From the sequence record OR188720.1: a DNA stretch of 38,820 nt. One strand, 5' to 3'. The stretch comes from Pseudomonas phage LPPA33. The position numbers and the translations under genes were made by a program. Within the stretch, counting starts at the first letter, position 1; each line of letters starts with the position of its first letter. The notes beneath the pieces were generated by a model. It was not told the DNA's origin. It was given only the letters and a program-made list of their open reading frames with translations, and ran no database searches. Of this stretch, positions 34,770-38,820 are shown piece after piece.

Positions 34770-35113
34770 TCTCGATTCGCCTTCCCTGGCCGCCCAGCAA
34801 CAACACCTACTACCGGAACACGCAGTCCGGAACGCTGATCAGCGAGCGCGGCAGGAGTTATCGCCGATCGGTGTTGCAGCACTGCCTTGCGCAAGGCATC
34901 AGGAGGACGGCCGGGCCTGTTCGGGTTGTTATCCATGCATCCCCGCCAGATCGGCGAAAGCGCGATCTCGACAATCTACTCAAGGGGCTCCTTGACTCGT
35001 TGACCAAGGCTGGCGCCTGGGATGACGACGGATTGGTAGATGACCTGCGGATTGTTCGAGGCGAGGTGAAAGCTGGGGGCGAGGTTCTGGTGACCATCGA
35101 GGCGCTGGCATGA
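34766..35113 (+). CDS. rusA: Holliday junction resolvase RusA.
   Basis: 115 aa. ISIRLPWPPSNNTYYRN...DLDNLLKGLLDSLTKAGAWDDD matches E. coli RusA (ITLPWPPSNNRYYRH...DLDNLQKAAFDALTKAG.W.DD). Confidence 0.8.
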   Translation: MISIRLPWPPSNNTYYRNTQSGTLISERGRSYRRSVLQHCLAQGIRRTAGPVRVVIHASPPDRRKRDLDNLLKGLLDSLTKAGAWDDDGLVDDLRIVRGEVKAGGEVLVTIEALA

Positions 35114-35409
35114 AAAAGACACATGGTCCAGATCTGACGACCAAGCCACGCCTGCTCGCTCAGTGCCCCGTTTGCCACGGAAAAGGGTACAGCCGTGGCG
35201 TGTTCCACGAGATCGATTGCGCCGCTTGTGGAGCAGCGGGGTTCGTCGATGGCGTGACGGGGCTGGCGCTGGAGCAGCGGGATGCGGTGGTGCAACTGCG
35301 GATGTGGGTAAAGCGGCTGCTGGAAGAGCAGCGACGCCAGGCGAGCAGGCTGGCGCGAGAAGAGATCAACCGGAAGGGCGCTGGCGGCGCTCACTTTCGA
35401 GGGGATTGA
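35110..35409 (+). CDS. Zn-ribbon protein (CPVC...CAAC). Possible late regulator.
   Basis: 99 aa with four Cys in CxxC...CxxC. It is upstream of the late promoter region. Confidence 0.35.
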   Translation: MKKTHGPDLTTKPRLLAQCPVCHGKGYSRGVFHEIDCAACGAAGFVDGVTGLALEQRDAVVQLRMWVKRLLEEQRRQASRLAREEINRKGAGGAHFRGD

Positions 35410-35446
35410 CCAGCCATTGGCGCTACGCGCGCCGGAGGAGAGGACG

Positions 35447-36121
35447 ATGATTTACGAAAGCGTTTCAAGTGCGGTCGTTTCGGCGCTGGCAGCAGACTGC
35501 ATCGACAACACAAGCAAGCAGGCATGGCAAAAGCTCTATCAGGCCGGCGAGCCTGGTCGTCGTGGCGGAGTGATGGTATCCGCTGATCTCAGGCAGCAAA
35601 TCGATTGCTGGGTACATGCTCGCTTGCATGACCAACTTATTCCGCGCCACTGGGCGGCGCTGGTGGCGAAGTACAGCACTCACCAGGCTAAGAAAGTCCA
35701 GGCGATCTCTCTTCTGCGGTCGGTGGTCGCAACGCCGGCTCCTGCTCTTTTCCTCTACAAGGCTATAACGACTTGGGCGATTCCGAAACTGAAGGGTGTC
35801 CAGCCGGCGCTGCGGAAAACCGTCTCTGTCGAAATCCCAGTGGACGGATCACCAGAAAAGCAGGCCAGGGCCGTGCGCGCCGCGCTGGAGGCAGAGCGAG
35901 TGAAGCGGAAGCGCCTTATGGCTCGATCGTCTGGAATGATCGTCCTGCCGGATGAGTTCTACGACATGAACACATGGGATCTCGATGGAAAGCCCGAATC
36001 GACTCGGCGTGAGTGGCGCAGGAAGATTCATCGTGTTCTCGACGAAATGGTCGACGAGGCGCTGGTGGCGGCCGAGCAGATTCTCAACGCGGAGGGCTTG
36101 CTGGCCAAGGATGCGGCATAG
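35447..36121 (+). CDS. Hypothetical protein in the lambda Q position (candidate late antiterminator).
   Basis: About 224 aa from the ATG with SD GGAGGAGAGG. It ends immediately before a promoter-like site and a tandem terminator pair. Confidence 0.3.
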   Translation: MIYESVSSAVVSALAADCIDNTSKQAWQKLYQAGEPGRRGGVMVSADLRQQIDCWVHARLHDQLIPRHWAALVAKYSTHQAKKVQAISLLRSVVATPAPALFLYKAITTWAIPKLKGVQPALRKTVSVEIPVDGSPEKQARAVRAALEAERVKRKRLMARSSGMIVLPDEFYDMNTWDLDGKPESTRREWRRKIHRVLDEMVDEALVAAEQILNAEGLLAKDAA

Positions 36122-36125
36122 GGCT

Positions 36126-36160
36126 TGACTTGCTGTCATCACTCCATCAATATTTATCCC
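36126..36160 (+). promoter_or_regulatory. PR'-like late promoter candidate (TTGACT-N17-CAATAT).
   Basis: Seen at 36126-36154, followed by a structured leader of about 200 nt with two terminators before the holin. Confidence 0.3.
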
Positions 36161-36201
36161 ATCCTGCCGATCTTGCGCGTTTTGAGGATCGAGCAACAAA
36201 G

Positions 36202-36226
36202 AGCCCAGCCTTCGAGCTGGGCTTTT
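36202..36226 (+). terminator. Intrinsic terminator 1 in the late leader (tR'-like).
   Basis: AGCCCAGC-cttcga-GCTGGGCT followed by TTTT. Confidence 0.55.
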
Positions 36227-36300
36227 CCGTTTCTGCAGGTGGCGCATTGCGCTGCGGGGCGCGCGGCCCCCTTGAAAGGCCGTACCTGCACCTATCCCTG

Positions 36301-36325
36301 GCCCAGCCCTCGCGCTGGGCTTTTT
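36301..36325 (+). terminator. Intrinsic terminator 2 in the late leader (a duplicate of the terminator 1 stem).
   Basis: GCCCAGC-cctcgc-GCTGGGC followed by TTTTT. Confidence 0.55.
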
Positions 36326-36357
36326 CATTTCCGCCCCGCCGAGGGGATATCGAGACT

Positions 36358-36672
36358 ATGAAGATGCCAGAGAAGGACCCGTCATTCTGGGCCACGGTGC
36401 TGCTCGCGCTGCGCGAGCAAGGGCTGGCGATGGGGCTCGCCTTCATCCTTACCTGGCTCCGTACCCAGTACGAGGGGAAGGAGCCGAGCATTGTTCGGCA
36501 ACTGATCGAGGCGGCCCTTGGCGCGATGCTGGTCATGGTTGTCGGTCTCACCGCCAAGGAGTTTGGCTGGAGCCCTGCCTGGCAGTTCTTCGCCGCCGGC
36601 TTTGTTGGTGTCCTCGGGGTAAGCACCGTGCAAAAGCTGGGCGCACGCTGGGCGGAAAGGAAGGTGGGCTGA
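36358..36672 (+). CDS. S: Holin, lambda S family (class I) with an MKM dual-start motif.
   Basis: 104 aa. MKMPEKDPSFWATVLLALREQGLAMGLAFILTWLRTQYEG matches lambda S ([39 protein letters not shown]). Three TM segments. Confidence 0.85.
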   Translation: MKMPEKDPSFWATVLLALREQGLAMGLAFILTWLRTQYEGKEPSIVRQLIEAALGAMLVMVVGLTAKEFGWSPAWQFFAAGFVGVLGVSTVQKLGARWAERKVG

Positions 36673-37289
36673 TGAAGATCACCGCTGACCAACTCGACCG
36701 CGCTACCGGCTGCGGTGCTGCTACTGCCTTGACTTGGGTCGAACACATCAACGGCGCCATGGCCCGGTTCGAGATCAACACGCCCGAGCGCGTGGCGATG
36801 TTCCTGGCTCAGGTCGGGCACGAAAGCCAGAGCCTCAAGCGCCTGGTCGAGAACCTGAACTACTCAGCCGAGGGCTTGCTCAAGACCTGGCCGAAGCGGT
36901 TCACGCCGGCCGAGGCGAAGCAGTACGCCCGCCAGCCCGAGCGCATCGCGAACCGCGTCTATGCCAACAGGATGGGCAATGGGTCGCCGGATACGGGCGA
37001 TGGGTATCGATACCGTGGTCGTGGCCTGATCATGATCACCGGCCACGACAACTACGCCGAAGCCGCCCGCGCCCTGGCGCTGCCACTGGTGGCGCAACCG
37101 GAACTGCTCGAGCAACGGACCTGGGCTGCCATCGCGTCGGCATGGTGGTGGAAGTCGAGGGGTTTAAACGAACTGGCCGACCAGGGTCGCTTCGAGCGGA
37201 TCACCCTCAAGATCAACAGTGGCTACAACGGCGCAGATGACCGTGCGGCTCGCCTCGAGTGGGCGCGTGCTGCGCTCAAGGGGGAATGA
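36672..37289 (+). CDS. R: Endolysin, glycoside hydrolase family 19 (chitinase-like lysozyme).
   Basis: 205 aa. FLAQVGHESQ...ANRMGNG...GDGYRYRGRGLIMITGHDNY is the GH19 catalytic signature. ATGA coupling to the holin. Confidence 0.85.
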   Translation: MKITADQLDRATGCGAATALTWVEHINGAMARFEINTPERVAMFLAQVGHESQSLKRLVENLNYSAEGLLKTWPKRFTPAEAKQYARQPERIANRVYANRMGNGSPDTGDGYRYRGRGLIMITGHDNYAEAARALALPLVAQPELLEQRTWAAIASAWWWKSRGLNELADQGRFERITLKINSGYNGADDRAARLEWARAALKGE

Positions 37290-37528
37290 TGCTCGGGTTC
37301 ACGACGAAAGCTGAGGCGCGACGCATCGGAGCCTCGCACCACGGGAGCTATTACGGCATTCCGATGTGGCTAGGGGATGTCGATAGCGATTGCCCGCTAG
37401 CGTTCGCAAAGTGGGCGCCGCTTGAGCTGGTCGTCTCCCTGCTCTCGGTCATTGAGGGCATCGTCAACTCGATGCTCGATCAAGAGCAGACGTTCATGTT
37501 CAAGGTTGGTCGGAGGATCGACCAGTGA
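37286..37528 (+). CDS. Hypothetical protein between the endolysin and Rz.
   Basis: About 80 aa, overlapping stops on both sides. Confidence 0.3.
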   Translation: MMLGFTTKAEARRIGASHHGSYYGIPMWLGDVDSDCPLAFAKWAPLELVVSLLSVIEGIVNSMLDQEQTFMFKVGRRIDQ

Positions 37529-37995
37529 CCTGGCGGCCCTGGTTGGTGGTCGCCCTGGTAGGCGCGCTTGTGTTCTGGCGCCTCGATCACGTGACCGCCC
37601 AGCGTGATGACCTGCAGGCCGCCGTCGAGCAATCCGCCGAGACGATCACTGCCATGGCCCAGCAGGCCCAGCGCGACAACCAAGCGCAGGTCCAGACCGA
37701 TGCCCTGGCCCGAACCTACCAAGCAGCACTACAGGCCTCCCATGAAGAAAACCAATTGCGCCGCGATGCTATCGGCACTGGTGCTCGCGTCGTGTACGTC
37801 AAAGCCCGCTGCCCCGCAGACGGAGTGCACCAGGCTCCCGGAGCCTCCGGCAGCGCTGATGCAGGAAGAGCCGTCCTTGCTGCCGCTGATGGACAAGTTG
37901 TTTCTGATCTCCGAGCCGGAGTCGAGCGACGCGAACTGATGATTGAGGCGCTGCGTAAGCACATCGCCGGCCTGCCGAGGTATTGCAGAAGATGA
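37525..37995 (+). CDS. Rz: i-spanin Rz.
   Basis: 156 aa from GTG, with SD GGAGG. It has an N-terminal TM segment (WLVVALVGALVFW) followed by a periplasmic coiled-coil. Confidence 0.7.
   Translation: MTWRPWLVVALVGALVFWRLDHVTAQRDDLQAAVEQSAETITAMAQQAQRDNQAQVQTDALARTYQAALQASHEENQLRRDAIGTGARVVYVKARCPADGVHQAPGASGSADAGRAVLAAADGQVVSDLRAGVERRELMIEALRKHIAGLPRYCRR
37742..37939 (+). CDS. Rz1: o-spanin Rz1, embedded in the +1 frame of Rz.
   Basis: 65 aa (MKKTNCAAMLSALVLASC|TSKP...) with lipobox LASC and a Pro-rich mature part. It lies entirely within Rz. Confidence 0.6.
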   Translation: MKKTNCAAMLSALVLASCTSKPAAPQTECTRLPEPPAALMQEEPSLLPLMDKLFLISEPESSDAN

Positions 37996-38735
37996 TCAGT
38001 ATCAAGCCGGAAGGGTTCCAGCAGCAGCTCGCCGACCTGACTGAGCTTGAACAGAGGCAGATTCCTTACGCGACAGCCACTGCCCTTACGCGGACTGCGC
38101 AAGGCCTGATGGATCGATTGCGCGATGAGATGCGTGTCGTGTTCGACCGCCCGACCCCGTACACCCTGAACAGCCTGCGCATGGTGCCAGCCAGGAAAGA
38201 CCGGCTGGAAGCGCGGGTTTGGTTCAAGGACGAAGCGGACGGTGCGCAGCCTGCATCGGTGTGGATTGCCCCCGAGGTCTACGGTGGCCCGCGTCGGAAC
38301 AAGCCGGCCGAACTTCAGCTCAGGGCCAAGGGGATACTGCCCGAAGGCAAGTACGTGGTGCCCGGCGCCGGCGCGGACCTGGATCGCTACGGGAACATCA
38401 GGCGCGGCCAGGTCACCAAGGCATTGAGCGGCATCCGCGGCTTCAGCCAGGCCGGGTACAACGCGAACGCGACCGATAGCAGACGGAGCAGGGCGAAGGG
38501 TAATGCTCGCCGCTACTTCGTCATGACCCGTAAGGGCCAGCCCATAGGCATTGCTGAGCGCACAGGCCGAGGCCGGGATGCTGTCTCGGTCGTCATGGCC
38601 TTCGTGTCTCGCCCTTCGTACCGCCGCCGGCTGAGCTTCTTCGAGATCGCGCAGCAGTACGCCGACGAGAACCTGCCACGCGAGTTCGAGGTGGCGATGC
38701 GCGGCGTTGCTGCTCGGTTCGCTGCGAGGCGCTGA
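37992..38735 (+). CDS. Hypothetical protein, last gene before the right genome end.
   Basis: About 247 aa, basic and Arg-rich. It overlaps the Rz stop. The start was taken at the first ATG (the track begins at an upstream TTG). Confidence 0.4.
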   Translation: MISIKPEGFQQQLADLTELEQRQIPYATATALTRTAQGLMDRLRDEMRVVFDRPTPYTLNSLRMVPARKDRLEARVWFKDEADGAQPASVWIAPEVYGGPRRNKPAELQLRAKGILPEGKYVVPGAGADLDRYGNIRRGQVTKALSGIRGFSQAGYNANATDSRRSRAKGNARRYFVMTRKGQPIGIAERTGRGRDAVSVVMAFVSRPSYRRRLSFFEIAQQYADENLPREFEVAMRGVAARFAARR

Positions 38736-38749
38736 CTGATGCACCAAAG

Positions 38750-38820
38750 TGGTGCGTCGCGGGTCCTCCCCGGGGTGCCCCCGTCAGAGGGTAATTCGAG
38801 CAAGTCGGAGGCCAAGCGGT
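38750..38820. promoter_or_regulatory. Right-end cos repeats.
   Basis: CCAAAGTGGTGCGTCGCG (38751-38768) resembles window positions 1-19. GGTAATTCGAGC (38789-38800) is identical to 89-100. CAAGTCGGAGGCCAAGCGGT (38801-38820) is the exact reverse complement of 70-89. Confidence 0.35.

Noticed and set aside
1-38820. CRISPR arrays, rRNA genes, IS elements or transposases
   Set aside because: No spaced direct-repeat arrays apart from the 140-bp iteron block, which lies inside a replication gene. No transposase-like ORFs and no rRNA-like segments were seen.

Overview
The window reads as a complete, or nearly complete, lambda-like temperate siphophage genome of about 38.8 kb, laid out in virion (cos-to-cos) order and with high GC (about 62-64%). 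Third-position codon bias is strong, so the host is probably a Pseudomonas-like gammaproteobacterium; this is an inference from composition only. The modules, in order, are: (1) a cos/terminase-binding repeat cluster at both window ends; (2) a Nu1-like small terminase, a gpA-like large terminase, a gpW-like protein, a portal, and a prohead protease-scaffold-major capsid fusion; (3) a head decoration-like protein, an FII-like head-tail joining protein, tail completion and major tail proteins, a gpG tail chaperone with a -1 frameshift site, and the tape measure; (4) a non-lambda tail tip/fibre set; (5) a minus-strand block with a lower-GC moron, lambda-family int and xis, and an early-left operon that includes a ParB-like gene followed in-frame by a degenerate C5-methyltransferase; (6) an immunity region with a BrnT/BrnA-like toxin-antitoxin pair, an S24 CI repressor, operators of the form CTGTAC-N7-GTACAG, and cro; (7) a Rha-like regulator, an O-like initiator with embedded iterons, a replication-associated protein, an HNH/Ref-like protein, RusA and candidate late antiterminator (Q-like) genes; (8) a late promoter with a tandem terminator pair, a lambda S-family holin, a GH19 endolysin and Rz/Rz1. 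The least conventional items are four lower-GC insertions: a single proteasome-beta/HslV-like Ntn-hydrolase gene between the tail fibres and int; a type IV pseudopilin (FimT/GspH-like) plus secreted DUF4124-like protein cassette inside the tail operon; a low-GC tail-tip gene; and the BrnTA-like pair. The ParB-like ORF continues in the same frame, across a single TAG codon, into a compact C5-MTase-like domain. No rRNA, tRNA or CRISPR array was seen.
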